From Vicugna vicugna (Eukaryota): DNA of 64,000 nucleotides. The stretch lies in assembly GCA_013265495.1 (NCBI GenBank), contig MU063554.1, forward strand, positions 5,926,574-5,990,573. Direction: 5' to 3'. The notes beneath the pieces were generated by a model. That model saw nothing but the letters and a program-made list of their open reading frames with translations. It had not been told where the DNA came from and searched no databases. The position numbers and the translations under genes were made by a program. Positions 36,973 through 49,203 of this stretch are shown here, in pieces; the first letter of the stretch is position 1, and each line of letters opens with the position of its first letter.

Positions 36973-37354
36973 CTGCTGTGAACTGAGGGCTTCTGTCCCT
37001 CAGAACTCCCACGTTGAAGCCTCAGCTTTGAATATAATAGTATTTGGAGGCAATCAGGGTTAGATGAGGTCACGAGGCCCCTGTGTATGGCCATGTACTA
37101 GTGCCCACATAAGGAGAGACACCAGATTTCTGGCTTCCCCCCAACTCTGTCCCTGTGTGTGCATCCACAAAGCTGAGGTCAGGTGAGGACACAATGAGAA
37201 GATGGCCATCTACAAGCCAGGACTAGGACTCTCACCAGACTCCAACCATGTTGGCACCCTGATCTTGGACTTCTAGCCTCCAGAGCTGTCAGAAAGTAAA
37301 TTTCCATTGTTTCAGCCACCTAGTCTACAATTTCTTGTGATGCCGCCCAAGCTG
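36973..37354. mobile_element. MLT1A-like LTR
   Basis: gaagatggccatctacaagccagg...ccatgttggcaccctgatcttggacttctagcctccagagctgtcagaaagtaaatttcc. Confidence 0.85.
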
Positions 37355-37885
37355 CCATGGCAACATCTCTTGGCTCTCAGTCTTTGCCCCCACCAACACT
37401 TCCGGCCATCCTTCAGCCAGTGTGAGCTCCCCCAAGTGCCAATCATCATTTCCTCTTCCTGGCTCCCCGTGAGCTTAAAGAGGTAGGAGTCCAGATTCTT
37501 CAGGTGGCAGAGAAACCGTCATGTCCTGGTTCCTGCCAGCCAGACTCACGGTCCTGAGAAGTCTGTCCCACTTTGTCATTGCCTCCTCTACCCATCCTGC
37601 AATGGCCGCTGCCTCCCACTGCCAGCCACTGTTCCCCTCAGCCCCCCACCCTTCACTGCCTCCTCCATCCACCCCATCTGGGAAATGGAGGGCACTGTGG
37701 CTGAGGGGGCAGTGAGTGGGAGGGGGCCATGGGGCGGGCGGATAGTGGAGAAGATTCCAGAAAATATGCACACATACTTATCTTCCATCATCTTGCTTAA
37801 GGCAGATGCTACCTGAATCATAGCAGAAACGAAGCGCCTGCACGTGTGAAACCACACTGTCCCCAAGGGGAGAGAGGTGACTTAC

Positions 37886-38039
37886 CCTCCAGGGAAGCCC
37901 GCTGCCCTCTGCTGCTGCTGCTGCCCTCTGCCTCTGTCAGCGACTTATTTATACTGCCGTCGGGGCAGTGAAATGGACAAACCTGAATTAATATTAACCT
38001 CGCCAAAAGACTGTGTTCAAATATTGTCTGGAGCAAACA
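37886..38039 (-). promoter_or_regulatory. Candidate SERPINA14 promoter and short non-coding exon 1
   Basis: Minus strand reads TGTTTGCTCC (38039-30), GGTTAATATT (37999-90) and TATAAATA (37953-46). An ATG-free stretch follows and ends at a consensus donor GAGG|GTAAGT at 37886. Confidence 0.75.
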
Positions 38040-40553
38040 ACAGCTGAATCATTTCAGTCCCCAGTGAAACAATGAACAGATTATTGGACTGTGGTACCAC
38101 TTGAGCTACCGTTCATTACATCACTCATGTGTTATTTCAACAAACGCTCACTTAGCTCCTAGCAAGAGCCACGCTCTGGGCTAGGCGCTGGGGGAAGAAC
38201 AAGAGGCCTAAGGCCTGGCCTCCACCCTTGAAGAGAACCCCTGACTTCAAGGACCCTTGGTTTAGAGGAGGAAACAAATATGGAAAAAGGCTGCAGGGTA
38301 TATTTTGACCAGTTCATGGAGGGTGCGCGTTACCAGTAAGGAGCTGTGAAAGGAAAGAGCCGGGCACAGTTAACCATCTGGGACAATCAGGAGAGAGTTT
38401 TCATCCAACTTTAAAAAAACTTTTCATCTAAATTTTAAAAAAGAGGCAGGAATCTATGTATCATCAGGGAAGCCTGAGGAGGGCATTCTGGATGCTAGAG
38501 TAGTGTGGGGGTTCCTGGGGGGCTGGGGTCCAGGCTGCATGTGGCCGCAGGCTTTGTTGGAAAGATGGTGGGCCTGGGGTCGCATGGACCTGAAGGTGAA
38601 CACCAGAGCCCTGGCTGGTGTCTGTGAGACCACCTTCAGCAACTTATTTGTCTTTCTGAACCTCGTCTTCCTCCATAATGAGGAGATAATAGCTAATCTC
38701 AGATTGTTCTGAGGGCTTGATGACAATGTATGGAGGCAGAAGGCACCCAATACATGGTGCCCTTCTGGCTGACATCTGGCATTCTATGGGGCTCTGAGTC
38801 CCCTGGCAGCCAGACGCTGTTTCCTCTGCCTGGAACCCTGTCCCCACCCCTCCCCCTTCTCAGGCTAACCTAGCTCCTACCCACTCTTCAGGATTCAGCT
38901 CAGGTATCTCCTTGAGAAAGCCGTTCCTGACAGCCACCCCTCTTTCCCACCATCTGGGCCGGGTTAGGCTCTGTGAGTTCTATCCTGTGCTTGCCTCTCC
39001 TCACACTGGCTCACAAAATACTTGGGTTCATTTCCTCCCAGTCTGTGAAATCTTTCTTGGAATAATCTGTACCTAATTCGTGATTCTTTCCTTTGGGCTA
39101 GCACACAGTAGGCGTAGAAACATTCAATAAATAAACAAATGGGTACATCATATTCCTTTGAGGGACACTGTCTTCTCCATGGAGAAGTCCCCGTTCCCCC
39201 GAAGGGCCATCCGTCCGCCTATATGAGGGGGTCCCCTTGGGGCATTTCTTCTTTGCTTGGGGAGCAGGGGCTGAGCTAGAGGAGGGAGGAGATGCAGCTT
39301 CTATTCCTACCTCCACCTAGACCCCCGTGTATATTGTACAGGGACAGTGGTCACCACTGTGCTGGATGGCGCTGAGTGTCACACACCTGGTCTGTAGTAT
39401 CTCGTTTTACGCTCACACCCATCTAGCAAAAGCCAGTAGTGTTATTACAGTTCCCATTTTAGAAATGTGGATCTAGTCTCAGAGAGGTTCAGTAACTCGC
39501 CCACAGCCGCACAGCTAGCGGGGGACACAGATGGGATTCACACCCACGTCTACTTGACACCACAGCCATGCTCCTAATCCAGAACTCCCTGACCAGTCAT
39601 CTCCTCGTTTTGGTAATAGATCCTGGACTAAATAATTAGTGGGCAAGCTTTTAGAGATTAAGGTTTTTTAAAGTTCTTTAAATGTTTCCTTCTGTCTTCA
39701 GTAATTACATTATTATCAAGAACAGTAATATCAGCCTCCTTTCTTAAGGATTTTTTTTTTTAAGTTTCCTGGTACAGAGAGATTTCAGTTTTTGGCCTCA
39801 ACATTTTAAAGCTGGACCTCTGGACATGTTTTCTGTGGGATCAGGTGAGCTGAGGGAGGAGGGGACATTAGTACCAGAGGTCAGCCCCACACCTGGGGAG
39901 CAAAAAGAAAGTCCTTGCTTATAGAGGGTTCTGAGCTCTGACTAGGACAGAGGATGCTGGCCACACACCGGAGGGATGCCCTGGGGGACCGTATTCTGCA
40001 CCAACGCTTGCCTTTTCCTTTCAACTCCCAGCTGGGAAATGAGCTAGAAAGACACGTCTTTGTTGTTTTAAAATGTTCCTGATTTGGAAACAATAAAAAC
40101 AATGACATTAATGGGTAGCACTCACCTGGCGCCCGACAGTTTGCAAGGCATTGTCCTGAGGACTTTCCGTGTTTACTCACATGACCAGTGATGCAGGAGC
40201 TGAGGGTTTCCCAGCACCGCTGGGGTGACTGCACTGCGCTCGGGGGAGGGGGCGGTTTCTCAGTGCTCCCGCCCAAGGTAATGCTTTTGAGTCACATCAC
40301 TAGCTCCAACTTCTTGTCCCAAAATTTAGTGAAGGGCCGTATTGAACCATCACACGTGCAGTCCCTCCCCCGCCTCCACTCCAAATCATACATTCCATGC
40401 GGCAGGATTCGTTCAATGTTGAACCCCCAGCCTCAGCTGTACCTGGTCCAAGGTGTGTGCTCAATTCACCTAAATGCCTGCACACGGATTCACTGGGCAG
40501 GTGACTGGGCAGGCGGAGAAGTAACACATATGGGGGGACACACGGCGGGCCGG

Positions 40554-41051
40554 TGTCGCGGGTGGTAAAAGAGTTTACCAAAGGCCGGGAGAAGTTCAAG
40601 AACAAAGGAAAGTTTAATAGTTATGCTGCTACAGGCAACAGAGGGCCATTCAAGCAAGAGGTGCCCACGTGTTCACCGCGTGTGAACGAACGTGCAGGGT
40701 CTTTTACTGAGGACAGGGCTGTGAATGCAAAGGGACAGGGGAACAGACTTCTGATTAGCTGTAAGGGAGGCAGGGGCTTTGGTACACGGGAGGAGAGTGG
40801 ATTTATGACTGCAGTAAGATGGAGACAAGGGCTGAGACAAGTCGGCCTGAGCTACAGGGAGGCTAGTCACTTCCCAGAGCTGTTAATTCTGCTAAGGCAA
40901 ACACCCAGCAGGAGTTATCTTTGGAGGAGGAGCAGGCAGACGCCTAGGGGCTGGAAGTCTGGGGGCTGCAGGCCTCGGCAGGCACCAGTTGGCACTGCCA
41001 CCCCCGCCTAGAAAAGTGAGGTGTTCAGATGTCCCGGGTGATCTGCCAACA
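40554..41051. mobile_element. Possible ERV1-type solo LTR
   Basis: TG...CA bounded. tgtcgcgggtggtaaaagagtttaccaaagg resembles an ERV1 LTR end as recalled. No TSD seen. Confidence 0.4.
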
Positions 41052-41789
41052 TACTTCTGTGATGCGCTCTTACACGCTCTAGCACAGACATGAAGAAGGC
41101 GATAGTTTTATTTACATCCTGGGCACAGTTAACTAACAACCGAGGAATCTCATTAGCAGCAGACACTGCAGGGGGAGTTAGCATTCGAAAGAGATGGCGG
41201 CCTCTTGGAGGTGGCGGCTAGCTCTGGCTAACTAGAATTTGGACTAAAAATCCACACTAATAAGCAGAATGGATGGTTTTTTAAAAAAAGGTATTTTTCC
41301 AACGATGAAAGGACTGGTGCGGGAGATGTATGGATTGGCTAGGAATGTTGTTTGCTTCTGAGTCAAGAACTTGGAAAAGACAGCACATCTGACGTGGTGT
41401 GGGACACTGGCACCCCCAAGAAAGGAGACTTCAGACGCAACATTCCTGAAAGGGAAGAAACCAGAACAGCCTGCCTAGCAGCGGGGGGCGGGGGACCCGG
41501 GAGGATGGCGGCGTGGCGTCTGTCTCATGCCCCTGTGGCCATTGCACCAAGTGCGGCTCTGAGGAATCAGAGTAACGGTGCCAGGCCATTGTCACTAACA
41601 ACCAGCAGGGAGGAGGCTGACCGCAAGAGCTGAGTGTACGTGTGTGTGACAGCGTCAGAGCCAGGAAGGCAGCAGCCCTGATGATGGAAAACCATCACAC
41701 AGACTCAGAGAGATCTTAACAACTAGTACATTAACCCCTCATTTTCCTGTTTGAGAAACTCAACTGGTTTAATACCCTCCCCTCCGCCT

Positions 41790-42177
41790 TCCAAACCCAG
41801 ACTCCTTTCCTCAACCAGTAATACCCTGCATGATCTGACCAGGGTCCCTGTACCTCTCTGACCTTGTTTCTATCATTCCAGCCATTAGGGCATCCTTCTG
41901 TCCCTCCAATGCACCTGCTCATTCTAACTCAGCCTTTGTGCTCGCAGAAACACCTCCTTGCTGCCTCGTCCTATTCAAATCATCCTAGTCAACGCCTTGC
42001 CAGCGCTTACTGTAACTTTTAACAATTACGTTTATTTATATGTTTGTTTTTACAGTTGTGGCAGTGGCCATCTGTCACCTCCACGTAGGTCCCATTGATC
42101 AGGGACCTTGTCTGTCTGTTTCACTTCCAGCACACAGTAGGTGCTCAGTAAGTTTTTGTTGAATGAATGGATGAAGG
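41790..42177 (+). mobile_element. L2 3' fragment
   Basis: Ends cacacagtaggtgctcagtaagtttttgttgaatgaatggatgaa. Confidence 0.7.
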
Positions 42178-42306
42178 AGTTCATGTAGCCACTGAAATGT
42201 CACATACTGACGACACAGCCACCGTGACTTAGCAGATCAACCATTTTCAGACTAGGACCCTGGAGGCATGTGGGAACACTGTTGCAGGCTGAATTAACAT
42301 TTTGGG

Positions 42307-42321
42307 TTTATTGAATTTATT
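42307..42321 (-). terminator. SERPINA9 tandem polyadenylation signals (2x AATAAA)
   Basis: tttatt at 42307-12 and 42316-21 on the + strand. Confidence 0.6.
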
Positions 42322-42655
42322 ACTGTAATTCTGCAATAAAGGTGACTGATCAATATGTCACCATTCCCAGGGACTCTGAGGGCTGAAAGTCCACCAACCC
42401 AGAACTCTTCCATGAAGCTAGTGACCCGGGAGGACTTGTGGAAAAGAGCACTGACCGGGGGTCAGTGGGCTTTGGTTTGTGACTGTGGTCACTGCTGCCT
42501 TAGGATGACTGAGCTGCATGCAGCTCTGCCGGGGTCGGGTGGACCCTCAGAGCAGGAGACAGCACTTCCGAACGTCAGAGCATGAGCAGCAGGCCACGTG
42601 GGTTGTCATTTCCTGCACACCGTCAACATGTATTCAGATGACAAGCCTCTTCCAC

Positions 42656-42859
42656 CTAGAAATTAGTGGGATTTCCAACTTTCCCCAGGAAAAGGATGGT
42701 CTCTGTGATTTTGTCTGTAATCAGCAGCAGGAAGGGCCTATTGAAGCAGATGGTGGAGTCAGGGGGGCCATCCTTCGAGCGGACTGTGAACTTGGTGGCA
42801 GTGGCTGCTGCAGCCTGGGTGCCCTCCTCGCTGATGTCCAGCACAGCCTTGTGGGCGGC
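42656..42859 (-). CDS. SERPINA9: SERPINA9 last coding exon with RCL (EEGTQAAAATATKFTVR/SKDGP), ends ...GNPTNF*
   Basis: Inhibitory-type hinge with P1 Arg. Stop TAG. Total CDS 1257 nt = 418 aa. Confidence 0.96.
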   Translation of the reverse strand, partial: AAHKAVLDISEEGTQAAAATATKFTVRSKDGPPDSTICFNRPFLLLITDKITETILFLGKVGNPTNF

Positions 42860-43764
42860 CTGCCAGAGGAAGAACATCCATCAGCTCTTCCCTCACAGAC
42901 ACCTTTACTTGCTGAGTTTTGGTGTTTTGCCTGGGAATGGAGACACCCCCTTGAGAGGCTTCAAGATAATTCCTGGCATTAGATTTGCTCAACCAGTGGC
43001 AGGTGTTGTGGCTACTGGTCACCTGGCGGTCAGCATGGAGTTGAATGGTCACGAATCCAGACCGGAAGGACCTAGGTTTGAGTTCTGGTTTTGCCACTCA
43101 TGGTTGCAGAAGTTATTTAAGTGCTGTGTGTTTCACTTTCCAAATCTATAAAAGTGTGATGTTGATTGCATGTCTCCCACGAGTTTATCCACGGAGTTAA
43201 AGGAGATCACCGCGAGCAGGGGCTCATGGCCTCGCTGGAAGTAGTAACTGCTACAACTGCCTCACAGGAGACATAGGTTAGGTATTACTGAGTATGGGAT
43301 CCCTTCTTGGTCTTCTATTCCTAAATTTCAGGAGGCTGAGAACTCTCCACAATCACAAGCACTGTTTTTCGCGTGTGCAGAAAAGCATATAATGGGGAAA
43401 AGTCCATTACGCGCATCCTATTCCAGGGGGACCTCTCTGGACGCCATTCTTTCCCTGGACGCCAATGACACCAATCTCGTGCCGTGGCCCAGGGCCACTT
43501 CTGACTGTTATAATCTGTCACCCAAATAAAATTTTAGGTCAGGGATCTGAAACCCATATGTGGACAGGGGCTGGGCAGGTAACCCCAACGAGCTGAGGAG
43601 ACGTGTGGTAAGAGCAGGGGGCACATGGGGAGGGTGAAGGGCACCCTTGGGCTCACTGCTGCCATGCGGGAATTGGGCATGGTGATTTGTTTCAAGAGAG
43701 TCAAAATCTAGATTTTTTAGTTCTGATATCTTACACTGTAGAAATCAGCTCTTTTCTCCCTCTT

Positions 43765-43880
43765 TGTTTCTTTCTTTGTTTCTTTCTCTCTTCCTTCCTT
43801 CCTTCCTTCCTTCCTTCCTTCCTTCCTGCCTTCCTTCTTTCCCTCCCTCTCTCCCTTCTCTCTCCCTTCTTTCTTTCTTT
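43765..43880 (+). repeat. (CTTT)n/(CCTT)n microsatellite
   Basis: ttccttccttccttcc... tract in SERPINA9 intron 4. Confidence 0.95.
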
Positions 43881-44314
43881 CAACTGCAGATCGAGCACAA
43901 CCCATCTACCGGGTTCTCATGCCTCGCAAGCAGCCATGCTGTGACCTCAGTGTGAGCACCTGGGTTGCAGGGAGGGGAGTTCAAATGCCAGGTGGGCAGC
44001 TGCTTGTCCGCCATGGATGTCGGGGCAGAAGTGCCACCTGCTGAAGGGAGGCCTGATTCCCACAGCACTGTAGTTGGACCTTAGGAGCACTTATTTGAAG
44101 AGGAATAAAAGATGCCTGTATATCTGTGGTACGATGGCCATAAAGCCACAGGCCTGGCAGCCGTGAGACCCAGACCTATTTCTGCACAGGGAAATCACTT
44201 TGCCTCTTGGGGCCTCTGTTTCCTTATCAGTGAAATGTGAGCCCTCGATGAACCAGTCTCTACAGGCCCTTCCAATTCATTCTTTCAGGCCAATATGCTC
44301 ATTGACCAACTCAC

Positions 44315-44462
44315 TTTGGAAACTTGCAGGAATCCTCCCTTTGTGATTCCAGAAAAATCAGCATTTTTGTCAAATGCATCCCGGATGCCCAACTTCGGGA
44401 GGATGGTTTCCAGGTCATAGGAGGCAGAAATGGAACATTTGGGAATGAACACCTCCACCCAC
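44315..44462 (-). CDS. SERPINA9: SERPINA9 coding exon 3 ((R)WVEVFIPKCSISASYDLETILPKLG...FLQVSK)
   Basis: 148 bp, acceptor ttttccacAG, donor AAA|GTGAGT. Confidence 0.95.
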
Positions 44463-44830
44463 CTGTGGAAAAGAAAAAAAGACAAAGTGAGATCACCAGC
44501 CCATGGAGCCCATTCTAGGTGGCATTTCAGGGGATTTTGCACTTCCTCCAGGAACTGGTTGATGCTGGAGGGGTCAACACATCCCAGACAACCAACCCAG
44601 CTTGCTCTGGAAGCAAGCATCCTGGATGAGCAAGTCCAGCTTGGAAGGTAAATAAGATGAAAAATGGGCTTCGTAGTGAAGTAGGGGCAGAGTTGAGAAG
44701 GGGGCCCAGCAAAGGTGCCCATGACAGAGACCAGAGGGAGGCACTGGCAGTGATGGAGGTGGTTCTACCCCAGCCCAGGTCCAGAGTGTGCCTCCCCACC
44801 ACTCTTTCTGAGACAAACCCTGGCTGAGAG

Positions 44831-45039
44831 CAACAAAGTCCAACAGAACTTTCTGTACAGTTGGAAATATTCTATCTCTGTTCTGTCCAGTATGGTAGTC
44901 ACTAGCCCCATGTAGCTATTAAGAAACTTAAATGTGGATAGTGCCAACAAGGAACTAAATTTTTAATTGTACTTAATTTTAAATAAGTTAAATTTAAATA
45001 ATCACATGTGATTGGTGGTTACTATATTGGACAGCATAG
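44831..45039. mobile_element. MER3 (hAT-Charlie) DNA transposon
   Basis: gtccaacagaactttctgtacagttggaaatattctatc...gtagtcactagccccatgtagctatt...actatattggacagcatag; near full length (~209 bp). Confidence 0.85.
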
Positions 45040-46425
45040 CCCTAAAGTTCGGCACAATTTTTTCTTCCTTGGCAGTGGTTTCCCCAAACCCACATTTATT
45101 GAATAGTCCACATTTTTTGAGGATTTACTATGTGCCAGGCATTTTCCCCAGCACATTCATTAACATTATCTCCATTTTAAAGATGGTAAATCTTAGTTGA
45201 CCATGCTTTGTCCAAGGCCATGTACTTAGTGAGTCGCAGAAGGGAAAGGACAGAAGTGTGAGATGAACACTTTAGTTCCTCATTGCTGGAATTTCTCGTC
45301 TGACATCTAGCACAATGGACAGCTCTCTCTTCCCTTCCATCTCCTGCACTGGCTTGGCCAGCTCCATCTTCTCTGTGCTCCGTCTGCTACACTTTAGAGA
45401 CCCCCACCTCCACCCCCAGCCTCCGTGCTGCCTCCTCTTCCTCTTTCCAGCCCTTGCTGCAGTATGAGGAGAGAAGAAAACTCTGAAACATTCTATAGGG
45501 TTCTTTCATCCCTACTTTGCATCTTTGCTAGCACTGTTTCCTTTACCAAAAATGCCCTTCCCAACCAAGCCTCTATGTTTTATCCATCCTTCATGTCCTA
45601 CCCATACTTGTGGCTCAAATGCACCACGTCCAATGCCAGCTGAAAGTGATTTCTCCTTGCTCAGAAGCTCCTCCGAACTCTGCCCACCCTCCCCTGGGGC
45701 ACTGACCTTTGTCTTTCTTGAATTACAATGATCCCTGATACTATCTTTTCTCCCCTCCTAGACTCTGAGCACCTGGGGTTGATGTTAACAATGCCAAGAA
45801 AATATTGCTAAGAGATTGTGCACAAGACTTTGACATACCCTTTTATCTGATAGTTAATATCCTATTGATCCTTTCCATAACAAGAACTAATAATAATATT
45901 ACTATGAGCTGACATTTACTGAACACTTATCTCTGAGGTTTTTTTCTAAGCACTTTATACAAAGCAATTAGTTTTATCCTTTTAACAATTTATGAGTTTA
46001 ATAATACTATTATCGTCATCTTATAGGTGAGCAGCAATGCTCTTGTGTGTGTTTGTATAGAATAATTCCATGGAATTCAATATTGAATTGGCTGATAGAG
46101 TGAACTCTGCTAGCACAGAACAGGTACAGTTGACGTGAGACTCTTGCAAGAACACATTAGCTACACAACCTTGGGCAATTCACTTCCCTTCTTGGAGCCT
46201 CTGTTTCCTTATCTGTAATGGGGGTGATAACACTTCTTATGTGTCAAGTAATGGCGAAGTTTAAGTGACAGCATGTACACAGAGCACGAAGCTCCCTGCC
46301 CAGCATGCAGTTGGTTCTCAGTTAACAGGAGTGATTATTCAACAGCTGTTATCATGATCTTCCCCCATCCTTAGATGTACACCATCACCTCCCTCAGGCC
46401 ACAGCAAGTTGACACTGCTGCCCAC

Positions 46426-46699
46426 CTCTTCTGGAATAAGTGGCTCCACCTCCACACTGTCCTGGCTGACAAGGCTCGTTCCAGCTGCCTCATCGTTCCC
46501 TGGCCAGGGAGGACGAAGAAGGCCACGGTGTCTCCCCTGTAGTCCATCTGCAGCACAGAGCAGTTCAGCTCCAGATCCACCCCAAAAGCAACTTGCTGTA
46601 CCTGGTGCATCATTGGAACATGTACAGCAGTCCTCTCGTCCACCAGGAAGGGGAAACTTTTAGTGGTATATGCAGGGTTAAAGGGCTTCTCCCACTTGG
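46426..46699 (-). CDS. SERPINA9: SERPINA9 coding exon 2 (AKWEKPFNPAYTTKSFPFLVDE...WSHLFQK)
   Basis: 274 bp, canonical AG/GT, in frame. Confidence 0.95.
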
Positions 46700-46779
46700 C
46701 TGGCACAAAGAGAGAAGGGAGGGCTTTATGTCCAAGTATAATCAGCGAGGTGAAGACAGCAAGAAGGCGTGAAGTAAAA

Positions 46780-48520
46780 ACCTCTGAAAACTCTTTTCCC
46801 CATAAAAGTAATGAGGGTCAGAATTAACTTGTTCAGGAATCTGGAAATCAACCAAATGCTTTCAGAAAATTAGAGAATAGTTTATGAAAGAAAAACAGCT
46901 CAATCTTGGTAAGAACAGTGAGCTTTGTGCTGTTTTAACTTGCCTGAGTCCCATTCTCCACTCCTCAACTCTTGAGTAGCCTTAAAAAATAATAGCCTTT
47001 GTCTGCAGTAAGATACAGCAGCCTGGGAGCCACGTAAGGAAAAAAAGCAGGGCTAGAACCCTAGACCAAGGTAGGAAGCCCGACACTAACCAACTTCAAG
47101 ACAGACTATAAAGCTACCGTAATCAAGACAGTGTGTTATTGGTAAAAGAATAGACAAATAGATCGATGGAACAAAATAGGGAGCCCCAAAATAGTTGGAT
47201 GTAATTAGGACATTCTCTAATAAACAAAAACAGACACTAGCAGACCAGCCTATAAGAAATATGAAACGGAGTCCTTCAGGAAATGACCCTAGACGGTAAC
47301 GTGAATCCACATAAAGAAACTATATTCAATAACTTGTAATAGCCTATAATGAAAAAGAATATGGAAAGGAATATGTATATATATTACTGAATACATGCTG
47401 TACATCAGAAATTAACAACATTGTAAATCGACTATACTTCAATTAAAAAATATGAACCAAAAACTAGAAATTCAGAAAAATGTGCAAGAAACATGCAAAG
47501 AAATATACAGTACGTAAGGTGGGCTCTAAAGTAGACCTGATGAATAAAGAACATCAGATTATGCCAGGTGAAATGTTGGAGTATTGCAATGCTAATGATT
47601 ATCCAGAGTTAATCTATCTATTTTAATCAATGCTAATCAACATCTAAATATTATTGAGGGAGTTAACACATTAAAAATAAAGTAGATGGGGATTTGTCTT
47701 CTCAGTTACAATATGTAAAACAGTGAAGAACAACCACATATTAAACAGGCCTACCAGTCTGGGAGTGAAGAATGCAGAATCAGAGGGAGGAATTATGGAA
47801 ACTTATCATATCAAAGTATAGTAGGGAAAACGTAGGGAAAGACTAAATGCTTACCAATTCTTATATGGCCAACTGGCAACCCCATAGCAAATAGTATGCA
47901 TATTTCAAATCACAGGTATTATCAGATATAACTTATAATGAAATGTAAAAAAGAATGAACACACGATCCAATTAAATGCTGTCTACAAAGCAGACAATAA
48001 GCACATGAAGAGATGCTCAACATCATTAGTTGTCGGAGACAGGAATACCAAAACTGCAGTTATATACCACCTCAGACACCATATGACTATAATAAAAAGA
48101 CAGATGTTAACAAGTGTCGGGGAGAATTTGGAGAAAATGGAACCCTCAAATATTGCTCACAGAAATTTAAAATGATTCAGCCTTTGTGGAAAGCTATTTT
48201 CAGTTCCTCAAAAAGTTAAACATAGAGTAACCGTATTATCTAGTAATTTCACTCTTAAAAATACCTAAGAGAATTAAAACCATATGTCCATATACACACA
48301 AAAAACTTGTACACTAATGTTCATAGCAAAATTATTTATAATGGCCAAGAAGTGGAAATAGCCTAAATTTCCCTACACTGATGAATGGATACACAAAATG
48401 TGGCATAGCCATACAACAGAATATTATTCAGCCATTAAAAGAATGAAGTATTGATACATGTTCTACAACATGGATAAATATTGGAAACATACAGTAATAA
48501 AAGAAGCTTGTTTGACTGGG
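46780..48520 (+). mobile_element. L1 patchwork filling SERPINA9 intron 2 (old 5' region, ORF2 piece, L1MB-like 3' end), with a younger L1 3' end nested at about 47313-47450
   Basis: aatcttggtaagaacagtgagctttgtg; aaagctaccgtaatcaagacagtgtg; gcacatgaagagatgctcaacatcattag...gaatattattcagccattaaaagaatgaagt; tgtaaatcgactatacttcaattaaaaaa. Confidence 0.8.
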
Positions 48521-48572
48521 GGTGGGGAAGGAGCAGAACATTAAAACCAAAAGCAACTTCTCAGAGCTTTAC

Positions 48573-49203
48573 CTTTAAAGAAAATGTGGTTCACCAGGAT
48601 CATGACTGTCTGAGGTTCGAGGCTTTGGATTAAGTCCACAATCTTCCCTTTGGTCTCCCTCTTCACATAGCTGTTGATCTTCTTCCGGGTAGCTGAGGTG
48701 TTGGAGAAATCTGTAGAAAAGACTTTCGACTCATACAGTCCCTTGACGTTGTCCAGAAAATTTGTCTGCAGCTGCAGCTCCTTTCTGATGAAGAGGACGC
48801 TCCCCATCTTTATGTCCCGGTCCTTGCTGGGGACAGCAAGGGAGTGGACCAGATGCTGGAAGCCCTGGTGGATGGTGGACTCAGGTGTGTGTGAGAGATT
48901 GAACCCCAGGCCCTGGAGGATCTGGGTCTTGGTGGCTGAGCAGGCCCCAAGGGAGAGCATGGCCAGAGAAGCAGAGACACTCACGGGGGAGAAGAAGATG
49001 TTTGGACTCGGGGCCTTCAAAACCAGCTTCCGGTACAGGCAGAAGGCAAAGTTGGTGCTGCTGGAGGACACCTGGGAGGCAGGACTACTTTTTCTGGGGG
49101 AAGGGCAGACAGATCCTCTGCTGGGGGAGCTGGATAGGGGCACACAATATACTGGAACACAGAGGACAACAACTAAGAAGGCCTGATAAAACGAAGATGG
49201 CAT
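48573..49203 (-). CDS. SERPINA9: SERPINA9 (centerin/GCET1) coding exon 1
   Basis: MPSSFYQAFLVVVLCVPVYC...PASQV...[10 protein letters not shown]...TKTQILQGLGFNL.HTPES matches SERPINA9. Acceptor at 49219-20, donor G|GTAAAG. 631 bp. Confidence 0.95.
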
